DNA of 64,000 nucleotides from Paraspadella gotoi (lineage: Eukaryota; Animalia; Chaetognatha), in contig CM119268.1 in the NCBI GenBank assembly GCA_051294375.1, positions 9,545,216 to 9,609,215 of the forward strand. The letters are read 5' to 3'. This document shows, piece by piece, positions 1-12,076 of the stretch. The translations under genes and the position numbers were made by a program. How positions within the stretch are numbered: the stretch's first letter is position 1; each line of letters begins with the position of its first letter. Under the pieces are notes generated by a model. It was not told the DNA's origin. It was given only the letters and a program-made list of their open reading frames with translations, and ran no database searches.

Positions 1-1019
1 AATTAAAAGAAAAAAAAGAAAGAATAAAAGTAGAAGGAAAAGAAGAAAAAAGAGGAAACAGAAAGAGGAAAAAAGAAAAAAAAGAATAAATAAGAAGAAA
101 AATGAAGACAAGAAAAAAAGAAGTAACAAGGAAAAAGATGTGAACAGAAGTAAGACGCAAAAAACTCTCTCGCATGAAAAAAAAAAACAATAAAAAAAAA
201 AGGAAAATTAAAGGCAGTCGCTGAAAAAGTAAGGAACTTAAGTCTTACCAGAAGTGAATCGAAAGAACGAAAACAAAAAACAAGACAATTTTTTTTTTCC
301 ATTAAATTACAATTAGAGAAGAATGGAGAGAGAGAGAGAGAGAGAGAGCTAGAGAGAGAGAGAGACAGAACCACATTTAGTTCTAATAAAAAATATTCGT
401 ATCAAAAGTATTGATTCCTAACCAACCTTCGGACCATCCGACGAAAAAATACCAAGCATTAAAACCAACCAAGCAAAATTGTCTTGTTGAGAAACGACTT
501 CTTCTCGAAACGTCTTCCCCCCGCCCCCTTTCTCTCCGCCCCCCTTTTTCGTTCCACTTTCCCTTTTTACGAAGAAACTTTCCTTTGAGTCTTAGTTTAG
601 TAACAGGTTGTAAAATAACTCGAGCGAGAAATTCAGCCGATCGGGTTTATCTTTTTCTTTGATTCGCTTCTCAAAAGAAAAGCGTCTAAACTAAATAAAC
701 TCTTTTTCTCTTGTTTGTTTGTTTGTTTATTTTCGTTTTTATCTGTCGCGGCTTCGGGTTTCTTTCTAATTTCTTTTTTTTATATAATTATCCTCACTAG
801 GCTTTTTTTTTTATATATTTCTCTTTTTGAGTTTTTGATTTAATGTAGTTTTTTTCCTTTTTTTAAAAAAGTTTCTTTAATATCTCATGTTTCTCGATTT
901 TTTATATTTCATTTTAATATTTTTTACGTTTTTTCTATGTTATTTTTTTTTTAAATTTGGTTTTGTGATTCCTTCTTTTTTTTCGTTAAAAAATCGACCA
1001 AAAGGGATTGAGGATTTTA

Positions 1020-1747
1020 CCGAGTTTCCGTTCGCGAGTGACACCAAAAAATGCGTACCATTTCTCATTGGATAAATGTTTGTTAAATTTTCTTTCCTCA
1101 TTTTATAGCAAAGTACTTGACATTTATATTTTAATTTCATGAGATTAATTTGATATTTACTTATGTAAAACAACCTTTCTTTAAAGGTCATTCAATTTCA
1201 TCTTCAGTAAAAAACTAAATCTTAAAAAAAAAATTATTATAAATTAATTATTCATTAATTACTTAAAATTATTAAAATTCACTTACACCATTAAATTAAG
1301 AATTATCTCCTTACGATATAAAATAATTATTCAAGACAGTCAAGAACATGCTCAGGACAGCATTTTTTTCTAATTGGACGAGTTGTATAAAGAAAATTTA
1401 AGATTTACAATTAAAAAAATTAATAAAAAAATAGTACTCAGAAATTACTCAACATTACAATAATTCAGATACGCCATTGATTAGATCATTAATAGGGATT
1501 TTTTATGATGTAAAAATTTTTTTTAAATTCAATCAAGAACACGCCTAAAGTAGGTTTTTTCACCAATTTTAGTGAGTTAAATAAAAAATTAAACATAGAA
1601 TAGTAAATGAATTAAACACGAAATAAAACTTATACATAAAAAACGTCGAGTAGTTCTCCTACTAATGATATACTTATGAATTATATTTATTAAATATTTA
1701 AAGTAGAGTAAAGATTTTTTTGGAGTCACTCGCGAACGGACACGGGG
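1020..1747. mobile_element. Non-autonomous DNA transposon (MITE), Tc1/mariner-like, ~730 bp
   Basis: Terminal inverted repeats match at 28 of 32 positions (CCGAGTTTCCGTTCGCGAGTGACACCAAAAAA at 1020 vs the reverse complement ending at 1747). TA flanks both sides (1018-1019, 1748-1749). The interior is AT-rich and non-coding. Confidence 0.75.
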
Positions 1748-2151
1748 TATTTTTATCTCTCTCTCGCTCTCTCTTCAATATTTTTTTTAACTCGCGGAAA
1801 TTCAAATAATTTATTGCTTTGTATCACTTGGTTTCGCTTGATTTACGAATGAGTTATTTTTTTTCATAACTGTTTAAATAGTTAAAATAAATAAAAATAA
1901 AAAATAATAAAAACTTTGAACGAATCATGCGGGATGATTCAAATAAAAAAAAAAAAATTTTACAGAAAAACTTAGTTCGTTTTGTAAAAAGTAAAGATGG
2001 AAAAAAGAGGTTTTCTCCAAGATCGAGTCGGTCTTTTTAAGAATGAGAGATCATCACCAAATGACCCTTTAATCTCTCTCTCTCTCTCTCTCTCTCTTCT
2101 CCGTTCCTCAGTGTCCCTGTATCGTCTCTCTCGTCTCTCTCTCTCTCCTAC

Positions 2152-2886
2152 CTGGTTGACTCCTGATTCTCCTCCTTTCCTCAAGGTTTTGTTTCCCAAA
2201 TGTTATTTCGGCCTNNNNNNNNNNNNNNNNNNNNNNNNNNNNNNNNNNNNNNNNNNNNNNNNNNNNNNNNNNNNNNNNNNNNNNNNNNNNNNNNNNNNNN
2301 NNNNNNNNNNNNNNNNNNNNNNNNNNNNNNNNNNNNNNNNNNNNNNNNNNNNNNNNNNNNNNNNNNNNNNNNNNNNNNNNNNNNNNNNNNNNNNNNNNNN
2401 NNNNNNNNNNNNNNNNNNNNNNNNNNNNNNNNNNNNNNNNNNNNNNNNNNNNNNNNNNNNNNNNNNNNNNNNNNNNNNNNNNNNNNNNNNNNNNNNNNNN
2501 NNNNNNNNNNNNNNNNNNNNNNNNNNNNNNNNNNNNNNNNNNNNNNNNNNNNNNNNNNNNNNNNNNNNNNNNNNNNNNNNNNNNNNNNNNNNNNNNNNNN
2601 NNNNNNNNNNNNNNNNNNNNNNNNNNNNNNNNNNNNNNNNNNNNNNNNNNNNNNNNNNNNNNNNNNNNNNNNNNNNNNNNNNNNNNNNNNNNNNNNNNNN
2701 NNNNNNNNNCGCCGCTGCCGCCGCCGTCGACGCTGCCGTTGAAGCTGCCGGCGGAGCCTCTGTGGCCGTTGACGAGCTTCTTGGGTCCAGAGGCGGAAGG
2801 GAAGGAAGATTTGTCGTTGTAGAGCATAAATTCGATGCTTTTCTGCCATCGTTGCTTCTCGCTTCGATGGGAGGCGGGAATTTGAC
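2152..2886 (-). CDS. KANK/VAB-19-like gene, exon after the KN motif (spans an N gap, so may be more than one exon)
   Basis: Phase-1 acceptor aatcag| at 2887. Reads GQIPASHRSEKQRWQKSIEFMLYND..., resembling the 'RQRKSMEFML'-like stretch that follows the KN motif in invertebrate Kank. Past the gap only one frame is open (AEITFGKQNLEERRRIRSQP), ending at the phase-1 donor cag|gtagga at 2151. Confidence 0.65.
2215..2709. other. Assembly gap (one of many N runs; others near 4.5-4.9, 15.6-19.3, 22.3, 33.5, 55.5 and 56.6 kb)
   Basis: N characters. Confidence 1.
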
Positions 2887-3085
2887 CTGATTTGGGAATT
2901 TCATACAATTGATTGAATTATTGATTTACTTCATTTGACAATTAGATTGATTGATTGATCGGTTGAATAAATTGATGACAAATATAAATTTTTTTTACCG
3001 ATTATCAGTTGATTGATTGATTTAAGTTTTAAATGATCGTTTGGTTGAATGATTTTCTCATCGATGCCCTAGCCCCTATCCTCGC

Positions 3086-3202
3086 CTGGTTTATTCAATT
3101 TCTCGCAAAATTCGACGAAGTCTGTTTCGATGTGATAACCATAGGGGCAGCACCGGCAACCGCCGTCTTCGCCGAAGGATGGGTTCGGAAGCGGCATCCC
3201 GC
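3086..3202 (-). CDS. Kank: KANK/VAB-19-like gene, KN-motif exon
   Basis: Acceptor tttttcag| at 3203. Translates GMPLPNPSFGEDGGCRCCPYGYHIETDFVEFCEKLNKP, matching the invertebrate KN motif consensus C-x-CCPYGYHIDLDFVxFCE. Ends at a GC donor (cag|gcgagg) in phase with the next exon. The ankyrin-repeat exons would lie left of the window. Confidence 0.85.
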
Positions 3203-4365
3203 CTGAAAAAAAACAAAAAGTTGGTTTAGACAAAACGTTTTTTAAAATTTAGTTGGTTCGGCGATAAGACGAAAATCCTTGAAAAGAGAAGAAAAAATAT
3301 TAGATTGTGAATTTGTAGGGGTCTTCGTAATTTAGGCTGTTACCAGAGAAAAAGAAAAAAAAACTAAACTAATATTGCATTTAAAATAAACGTTCTTTAA
3401 TTAAGTATATTTTGTCGAATGAAGTTTGAGGATCAACAAATTATTTTTCATCTTTTAAAATCATTCAATTTAGTATTGTATTTTTGAGATCGAAGATCCG
3501 TCATAAAATGGAAAACCTAAAATGAAACTAAATTTCAAAAAAAAAGAAAAAAGAAAAAAAAAGAATCGAACCGAAACGTAAAAAATAATTCAAGGATTTG
3601 ATTCTGAATTTCTTTGCGAATTTTCTTCACCTTCGATCGTTAATGTCGCTCCAAGTGAGAAGTCGAAAAAAAAAAAAAATCCTAGAATTTGAAAAACAAA
3701 TGAACACCTGGTTTGGAATTGACACGCCGGGCCTTAATCCGGAGAGGGCTCTAAACAAATCTGATCGAAAGGGGCTCTCTGTCGTGCGCGGTGTGTGTAA
3801 ATTTATTCGCTTCCATCAAATAATGGAGAATCGAAAAAGGGACGGAGGGAAATTTCGAGAGAAGGATTATTTGAGGTTAAATTAGACGTGGAATGTTTTA
3901 TATTTTATTATAGATGAAATAAGATTTACGGGATATTTTGATAATTTAAAATATTAGTTGTCCCTTTTTGATGGGGGCCAAAAATAAGAAACAAGAAATT
4001 ACAAAAAAAAATGAAACATTGAAAACAAAACAGCGATAGAGATCGAGAGAAAAATTAAAAGGCAAAATTCGATAAAGAAATAGCCAAATAATAGCTCATA
4101 ATATTACATATCTTTACTTTGATTGCTTCTAATATCAATGAAAAGATGAAACTAATGAATGAAAATTAGGGGAAAAAAGATAACAAAGAAAAAAAAACGA
4201 TATATATAAATATATATATATATATATAAAGGAGAATAATTGCGGAGGAGAAAAAAACTTAGACGCGAAACCTTTTGATCTCAGAAAACCGTTCAATTCG
4301 GAAATGAGATAAAGAGAGTAATAGTATTGAGAGAGAGAGAGAGAGCACAGAGAGAGCGACGAGAG

Positions 4366-4400
<35 letters not shown>

Positions 4401-5789
4401 AGAGGACGAGAGAGGAACTCGAGAGAAAGGACAACAGCCGATAAGGAAAGGAGAGGCATCATCCCTCGCCTCCCATTGCGTCGCCGCGCTTTCCCGAGTG
4501 CAAAATCACNNNNNNNNNNNNNNNNNNNNNNNNNNNNNNNNNNNNNNNNNNNNNNNNAAAATCACCGCCTCACTTTTTTTTGTCTGGAAGGAAAGAAAAA
4601 ATAAGGAATAAAACGAAATACTGAAAACAAAAGGCGAAATGAGGGGAAAGGAGAGGAGAGGANNNNNNNNNNNNNNNNNNNNNNNNNNNNNNNNNNNNNN
4701 NNNNNNNNNNNNNNNNNNNNNNNNNNNNNNNNNNNNNNNNNNNNNNNNNNNNNNNNNNNNNNNNNNNNNNNNNNNNNNNNNNNNNNNNNNNNNNNNNNNN
4801 NNNNNNNNNNNNNNNNNNNNNNNNNNNNNNNNNNNNNNNNNNNNNNNNNNNNNNNNNNNNNNNNNNNNNNNNNNNNAAGAAGAAAAGAAAAGAAGGAAAG
4901 GGAAATAAAAGAAAGTAAAAAAGTGAATAGAGAATGAATAGAAAGGAAATGAAAGAAGAAAAAGAAAGAGAACAGGAAGGAAAACAAAGGAAAAAAGAAA
5001 GAAAAGAAAAAAGAAAGGAAAGGAAAAGAAAGAAAAAAAAAGGAAAAGAGTGGAAAAGAAAGACCAGAAAAAAATGGAAAAGAAAAGGAAAAGACAGAAA
5101 AAATAAAATAAAAACTAGGTAAGTGAGCTAAAAAAAAAATTGAAAAAGAATAAAGAAAGAAAATACAAAAAGGGGAAAAACTAACAAAGATTAAAATATA
5201 CATATATATATATATAAAATGAATGAAAAGAAAAACAGAAAAAATAGAAAAAATAGAAAGATAGAAAAGAAAGAGTATTAAGGAAACAAAGGAAACGAAG
5301 CGAAAAAAAGGGAAAGAAAATAAAGCAAAAGGAACATAAGGAGAGACGCAACATTGTCCCGCGACGCGATGTTGCAACGCGAAAGGTCAAAGGTCACCGA
5401 CGGGGAAAAAAGAAGCGCCGCCCGGAAATATCGCGGCGGGAGAGAATCATTGGTGGAGACGGCGTGGAGTGGCGTCTCGGGGAATGGCGTCATGGGTAGT
5501 GGCATGGCATGGCATGACGAGAGAAGTTAAAAGTGATTTGTCTTAAATCCTAGAGCTTGGTACGAAGCTTTCTAGTTGCTTACAAAGCGGTGATAGAATT
5601 GGTGTGGCTTTGATAGGAGTGACGAGGAATACGAGGATCGAGCATATCACTGATATTATCAGTGCAGTGTTGTTTAAAAGACGAAAAAGGTTAAAGTTGT
5701 TGGTAAAATGAGGGACAACGTTGTTGTATGGATTAGGCAATGGAATTTTAAGACTGCGGTACCTGAAACCGAGTTAAAGGTCGTGGTAT

Positions 5790-5841
<52 letters not shown>

Positions 5842-5844
5842 GAC

Positions 5845-6292
5845 CTGGGGCGTATCCGCAGAGGTCGTGTTGGCTGAGCCGACTTCCGACGGCGTTGTCG
5901 TTGATCCTCAAACTCCCCGCGGACCTCGTCGTCGTCGTCATCATCGTCATCATCGGCGTCATCATCGTCGTCGTCGTTCTCTTCCTCACATCCGAGTCAG
6001 AGTTGAAAGGACGCGGGATGCAGGCGCAGTGACAGTGGCGCGGCGAATTGGCGCAGGGGCGGCGTTGGTGGGCGTGGCATCGACCGGCGCCCAGTTCCGC
6101 TTGAGATCTCGCTCGGCGTCGCGCTTGACTCCATTTTCGGTTCACCCGTCCGGACTTAACCGGCGTTCCCCGGCTCTTCTTGCGGGCGGCGCCTGGGGCG
6201 TCGGCGGCGTCGGCTGCCGCGGCGTCTGAGGCGGCGTCGACTATCGTCTTTTCCGGTTTCTCCGACGTCTGTTTCGACGCGCATCCGCCCAT
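5845..6292 (-). CDS. Candidate first coding exon of the KANK-like gene, starting MGGCASK (myristoylation/palmitoylation-type N-terminus)
   Basis: GC-rich 448-nt ORF from ATG 6292 to donor cag|gtctat at 5844. The donor is phase 1, which joins in frame to the KN-motif exon acceptor at 3202. Confidence 0.55.
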
Positions 6293-9200
6293 CGTTCGAT
6301 TTAGGTGGGGGGGAGATGGGGAGTCAAGTCGGAGGAGCGGATGTAGTGGAGCGGAGGAAGAGGAGCGAAGAGTTTGAGCGTAACGAGTGTGAAGGGCAGG
6401 AGCGATTCAGTGGACGGACGGTCATTGTCATTAAGTATTTAACGATTTTTTGTATGTTTATTGTTAAATATTTATCATTTCGATTTGAGTTTAAATTTTC
6501 GACTTTTTATCAGTAAGAATAGACTTTTGGAGAAAGAAGAGGCTTTCGAAAAGAAGGGGAAGTTGTCATAGTCGTCGTCTTCACCGTCTTCCTTCTAGTA
6601 GACCTCACTTAAAGGCATTCGAATCTCGACTATATAATTTTCTTTTTACTTAATTTCAATATATTTTTTTAATGCGGTTTTTTTCGTTCGACGCGAAAAT
6701 TCGAGTCAAAATCCAATTCTGTGGTTTCTAGATTTTCCGTCAAAAAAAAAAAAAAAAAAAAAAATACGTGGACGAAATTTGACGACGAATCAACAATATT
6801 TTTTTAAATTTCTCATTCCGTTGTTAAAAAAAAAACAACTAAAAAAGATACCATAGACCAAAACTCGGACGGTTAATTTTATTTTTATTATTATCCTCGC
6901 GTTATTTTTTTCTTTCTTTCCAGTTTTTTTTCGGTTTTTAATTCCTTTTGTTTTTTGTTTTTTTTTTTCAAGTCGACCGTTTCTTTTTTTTATAGTCAAA
7001 TTCACTTTTTTCCGATATTTTAATATGTATATATTTTCGGTTTGTAACAAGCGGCTCGTTTGTTTAGTTTTGAGATAAATTGTTTTGCTTCGAATTTTCC
7101 ACTTAGCGAGTGATTTTGCGCCGCCATTAGACTCTCGACTCCTCCTCCTACTCCTCCTCCTCTTCCCGCTCCTCCTCCTCATCCCCCATGGGGGCGAAAA
7201 ATCGCTCGTTCAAACTTTTGAGGTGGATGAATTGGAGAAGTGGAGCCGGGGAGGGGGAGCGATTCATGGTGAAAGGGGGAAGTGGAGTGAGACTGAACTA
7301 CGTCTTTAAAGTGTGAAGGGGAAATTCAGCGAGTTAGAGGCAAGCAGCGTAGCGGGGGATATTCGCGGCAAAGAGCGGGGGGTGAATGAAACCTCGTGGA
7401 GGGTGAATGGGGAGGGAGGGACCAAAAAGTTAAGGGGGGCGTGGCAAGTTCCCCCCCCTCTTGTATTATTCCCTCGAGGGCGCCAGAGGTCCCTAGGAAA
7501 AAAAAAACTCAGAAAACAAAAGATCCGCTTCGATTGTTTTGCACCGAAAATAAATTGAATTTGGGTTTCGAATTTTCGATTTTGATGAACCGAGACGAAT
7601 GTAATGTTGAGACGCCGACCGTTTCCTCTGTTCCAAGCGTCAAGCCACGCCCTGGTTATAACAACCAACCAAACGCCTCAATCTCGGTCCATTCAACCCT
7701 CGGACACACAGACCGCTGCTGGCTCCGAAAAATCATCACTCTACCTTCGTCTCCTCTCCTCTGTCTCCCTCGTGCCTCCTTCCGTTCTTTCATCTCACTC
7801 TCTCACATCTCTCTCTCTCTCTCTCCCCCGCCGCCCTCTAATGTTATTCCAAAAGAGACGACCAACCGATTTTTTTTTTTGGCTCAAGGCGACGATTTTT
7901 ATCAAATTTTTTATATTTTGTTTTCGTTTTGATTTTTTTGGTTTATTTTGAGATTTTCGTCGACGCTGCTTAGAGTCTTGAAAACTTCAATCGGCTCTCG
8001 AATCAGCATCTGTTGATTTTCTTTCGACAAAATTTAGGGTCTTTTTCGAAAAAAAAAAAAAAAAAAATTCACAATAAAAAAAAAGGAAGCAATTTTTCTT
8101 TTTCTCCCGAGTGAGAAAACGATACGTAGGAGAAAATGGGAAGAATTTCTCGGAGTTCCCTTTTGTTTTCGTCTCCTTTTTCGTCGAGTTCCGTCGCGAC
8201 GGTCGTCGGAGGCGCGTCGATCACGCGATTCGGTATAAACAAAAGGCCGCGACGCCGGCGTCAACCGATTTGGTGCCAACAGGTGCGCGATGGCCGAGTT
8301 ATTTCCCCTTTAGCGTTAATGCTTGTGCTAATTAAAGACGCAAGTGGAATGTCAACGATCTTTTTTCTTTTTTAATTTGTTATAATTTAATCGTTTCAGT
8401 TTTATGCGCCGCCTTTTAAATCAAGCTTCTGTTTTTTCCCCCTGGTTTTTTTCTTCTTTTTTTTTCTCTTAAGTCGTTTCTCGACATATAAATTGTGATA
8501 TATTGAACGTAGTTTTACGACATTTTATTCTCATGTTAGAGCTCTTGGTCTTTTTAAACTTTGTGCCAGGCGGCTACGCGCCAATCCGCCTGACCGCGCG
8601 GCCGTCATACGTGTCCCTCATACGCCGACAAACGTCCGACGCTTGTCGCTTCAATCCGTCAGCGGTCGTCGCGCGGCAAAGCGTATCGCGTTCACGAAGG
8701 TCGTGTAACGTGATCGCGCGGTCGCGCTGCGCGGGGTCATAAACGCGTCACGTTAAAACACGCTGGCCACGGTTGACGGTGACGGTGAGTTAAAAATAGA
8801 AATAGAAATAAAAATTTCAAGACCGAACGTGTCACGTTTACGAAGGAATCGCGAGGAAAACAAACTTCGTCGCTGACTGCGACTATTTTATGTTTTGTTG
8901 TGCGAGTTTCTTTTTATTTCAGCTTTTTTTTTTTACGTTTCGTTGTTTTGTTTTGAAAGTTTAAAGTATTTTTTTCTTAAGTATTTTTTCTGTTTACGAT
9001 TTTAATCGCTTAGTTGTTAAAATTCTTTGCGGAAAACAGAACAAAAATTTATTTCTCTTCTTGGTTTAGAATTCTGGAAAAAAAGTTTTAAGTTAAAAAA
9101 CTTTCAATCATTGGAAATGAACGTTCGCGCAATCTTAAGTGGACGGAAATAAAAGATGTTGTACCCCAAAAAATAATAAATAACAAGAAATTAATGTCCA

Positions 9201-9899
9201 AAATTATCGCATTGACTGAGCGCAAAGTGGTAGAGCGGCAAGAAACGGTGAGCAGAGGGGCCGGTGGTGTATCGGAGCTCAGAACCGACCCAAGATAAGA
9301 GAAGCTTTCACTTCGAAACGAAAACGAAGCGAGGAAAAAAAAAAACGTGATGTGATGATGTTTCGCTTATAAAAAAAAAAAGAAGAATAAAGAAAAAAAG
9401 GAGAAAGTTTTAAAAGCTCGTCGATTTGGCGAAGAGAAAGTCCGAATTCCGGGAGGGGGGAGGGCCAAAAGGGGGGGGGAGAAAGGTGGTTGTTGTTGTG
9501 ATTATTTTCGCATCCGCGGCGTTCACATTATTGAGTCTTTACTTTAATCTTGACACCTACTAATACCACTCAACATGAACTTACTCTTTCTTAGGGAAAT
9601 AAAGAATGATTTAAGAAATTATGTCAAGATCGAAACCGGAGCTCAATTATGAAAGCAGGTCTCGAACCCGGAAACGAAAGAAGGACAAGGATAACGCGAA
9701 CTCTCTGGGCCAACCTCGAGCGGAAAAGGAAAGCGGAGGAAGGAAAAGACGAAGAGGGGAGAAGGGTAAGGGGGATGGGACCTGTTTTTTGGAAAAGGTA
9801 ATTGACGGAGAGACGGGTAAGTTTTGTGGGAAAGAAGGGGGATAAGATTTTGAAGGTGGGTTAAGACTGACGAGTAGGGAATTGGAAGTGAGGACAAGT

Positions 9900-10278
9900 G
9901 AAACTAAAAATAAATAAGATTATTTTTGAGATAAAAATGGTTTTCACTGTGCAGTGTGCACTGTGGAAGGGAGACTGATGGGGGAACGGAAATGTTAACA
10001 AGAACGGCAAGTTCAAGCTGTTGCGCCGCCATAACTTTTTGAACATGAGATCGTATTTTGACGTGATCACATGAATGTACAAACCTGTGCGATATATGAA
10101 ATAAGGGCACATTAAGCATCTAACAGTGTACAACATTTCAAATTGATAAGGTATTAGCCCATAGTTACGTTATGAGCATTTAAAATATAAATGCAATAGA
10201 CCAACAGACAGACCGATCGACTGACCGAATAGTGACTTGTAGAATTGTCCAGCAAGTATTCGCGGGGCAACTAAAAAG
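9900..10278 (+). mobile_element. Helentron/DINE-1-like non-autonomous element (left boundary approximate)
   Basis: GACA/GACC microsatellite, then agtgact..taga, an imperfect palindrome TTGTCCAGCAAGTATTCGCGGGGCAA and ACTAAAAA. The same layout occurs at 13.9-14.0 kb. Confidence 0.5.
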
Positions 10279-10355
10279 GGGAACTTGGCCAATAGCCAGT
10301 CGGGAAACGGGATGTAAGGAGATAGTGAGAGAGAGAGAGAAAGAGGAAGAGAGAG

Positions 10356-10415
<60 letters not shown>

Positions 10416-10695
10416 TTTACAAGCAAGATTGATGAGAGTGAGAGGTTGGAAAAGAGACACGTCGGAGATGAGGTGGGGGAATTCAACGAGGCTCATATCT
10501 TGGGAAGAGAATTTTTTCAATCAGACCTCGAGCAAAAACATTGAAGATTTCGAGAGAAAAATATCACTTTTTTTTTCTCGGATATTTTAGTCTTTTTAGG
10601 TATCGTAAAACAGAGTTCTATTGTGATTAGACGAAAGATATCTGAAAAAAAGGTCTTTGTAATTGTGAAAGAGTAAATTAATTGTGGACCAGTCA

Positions 10696-10741
<46 letters not shown>

Positions 10742-12040
10742 CTTAACATCGACGACATCAAGGGCTCGGCGTTTCCGGTGCCAAAGACGAGGCCGTCGCT
10801 CTCTAAGGCGCATCGCGCGATGTGAACAGAAAATAAAACTCTTACGAGTCACTGGGGATTCGGGAATCTTGGGTTTTAGACATTCGCGCCTGACAACTTG
10901 ACGGGTGACGACCGTTACAGTCGTCGTCGTCGCTGGTGACGGAAGCGGTGGAAACGGCGGCGGCAGCGGCGGCGGCGACGGCGGCGGCGGCAGCCCCTAA
11001 GTTTGTTTTTCGCTATCCAATTTTCTCGCATCGAATGCCTCGCGAACTGCAATAAAGATGAACCACATCAAAAAACAAAGATGTCGACGACTTTCTTCCG
11101 TACTGCGGTGGCGCCAACGTCATCTACGAACCAAGAAGATGCATATCCGTCTTTAAACGATGCATCTTCATCGTCTGAAAATTAAAAAGATGCGATTTCA
11201 TCTCGGATGCATTTCGGAAACTAGAATTTGTCTTTCCGCATGAAAAGAGATTTGATAGTGTGGAAGAGATGAAGGGTTCGAACCAGCGACCTTTCCTTTC
11301 AAACTTTTCGCCTTAGACTTTGTCAAAAATACTACGCGAATTCAGGACGACTTTTTCAAACGCGTAATTAAAAAAAAAATTAAAAAAGTAAAAAAAGTTA
11401 AAAAAACAAAAAAACAAACAATATTCTAATTCCATTGGCGAGAAAATTTCATCCAAATTTATTGGAAATTGTGTTTTTTTTTGGTTTCGTGAATAAAAAA
11501 AAGTTATACTTTCATGTTTTTATTAAAACCGGAAATGACTCCGCGCGGAAGGAGGAGGAGGAAGAGGAAGAGGAGGCTAGAGACGAGAAGGAGGAGGAAG
11601 AGAATGAGAATAAGTAAATGTAAGCAGAGGAGGAGGAGGAGGAGAAAGAAGACGTGAGGACCTTCGAAGGACGTCGACGACGGAATCGGGCGACGACGGC
11701 GTCGGGAAGAAAGGGGGAGGGTGTCACGAGCAAGGTGTTGTTGATTGGAGCGCTTGAAGGTAAAGTTGTGAAGAGTGGCGCCGCTAGGTGGTTGACTTGG
11801 TCGAATGGCGCGATTAGGTTGAAATGATATTGATGATGAAAACGCCAATTTAAAAGAAAGAAAGTTGTGGGGTTTATCGGATGAGGTGGGCGAGTTTTGT
11901 GAGAATAGTGTGGAATTCATTAATAAATACTTAATTAATAATTATCATTATTTAGTTGGTCGAGCCAAAAATTTTCTCGGCACTCTGCTTTACTCGCTGG
12001 CTGCTAGAAAGGCGCTCACCCTTCGTTCGGATCTCGTTCA

Positions 12041-12076
12041 CACGCCGTTCGCACGCCGTTCGCACGCCGTTCGCAC
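12041..12076. repeat. Short tandem repeat, 11-bp unit CACGCCGTTCG, ~3 copies
   Basis: Read directly; a further copy lies at ~12106. Confidence 0.8.

Noticed and set aside
10915-11031. Protamine-like minus-strand mini-ORF (MRENWIAKNKLRGCRRRR...)
   Set aside because: The Arg runs come from (CGC)n/(CGA)n triplet repeats; there is no independent support.
11260-11325. tRNA-like A/B box words on the minus strand (GTCTAAGGCG...GGTTCGAACCC)
   Set aside because: No cloverleaf can be formed; at most a decayed tRNA-derived SINE.
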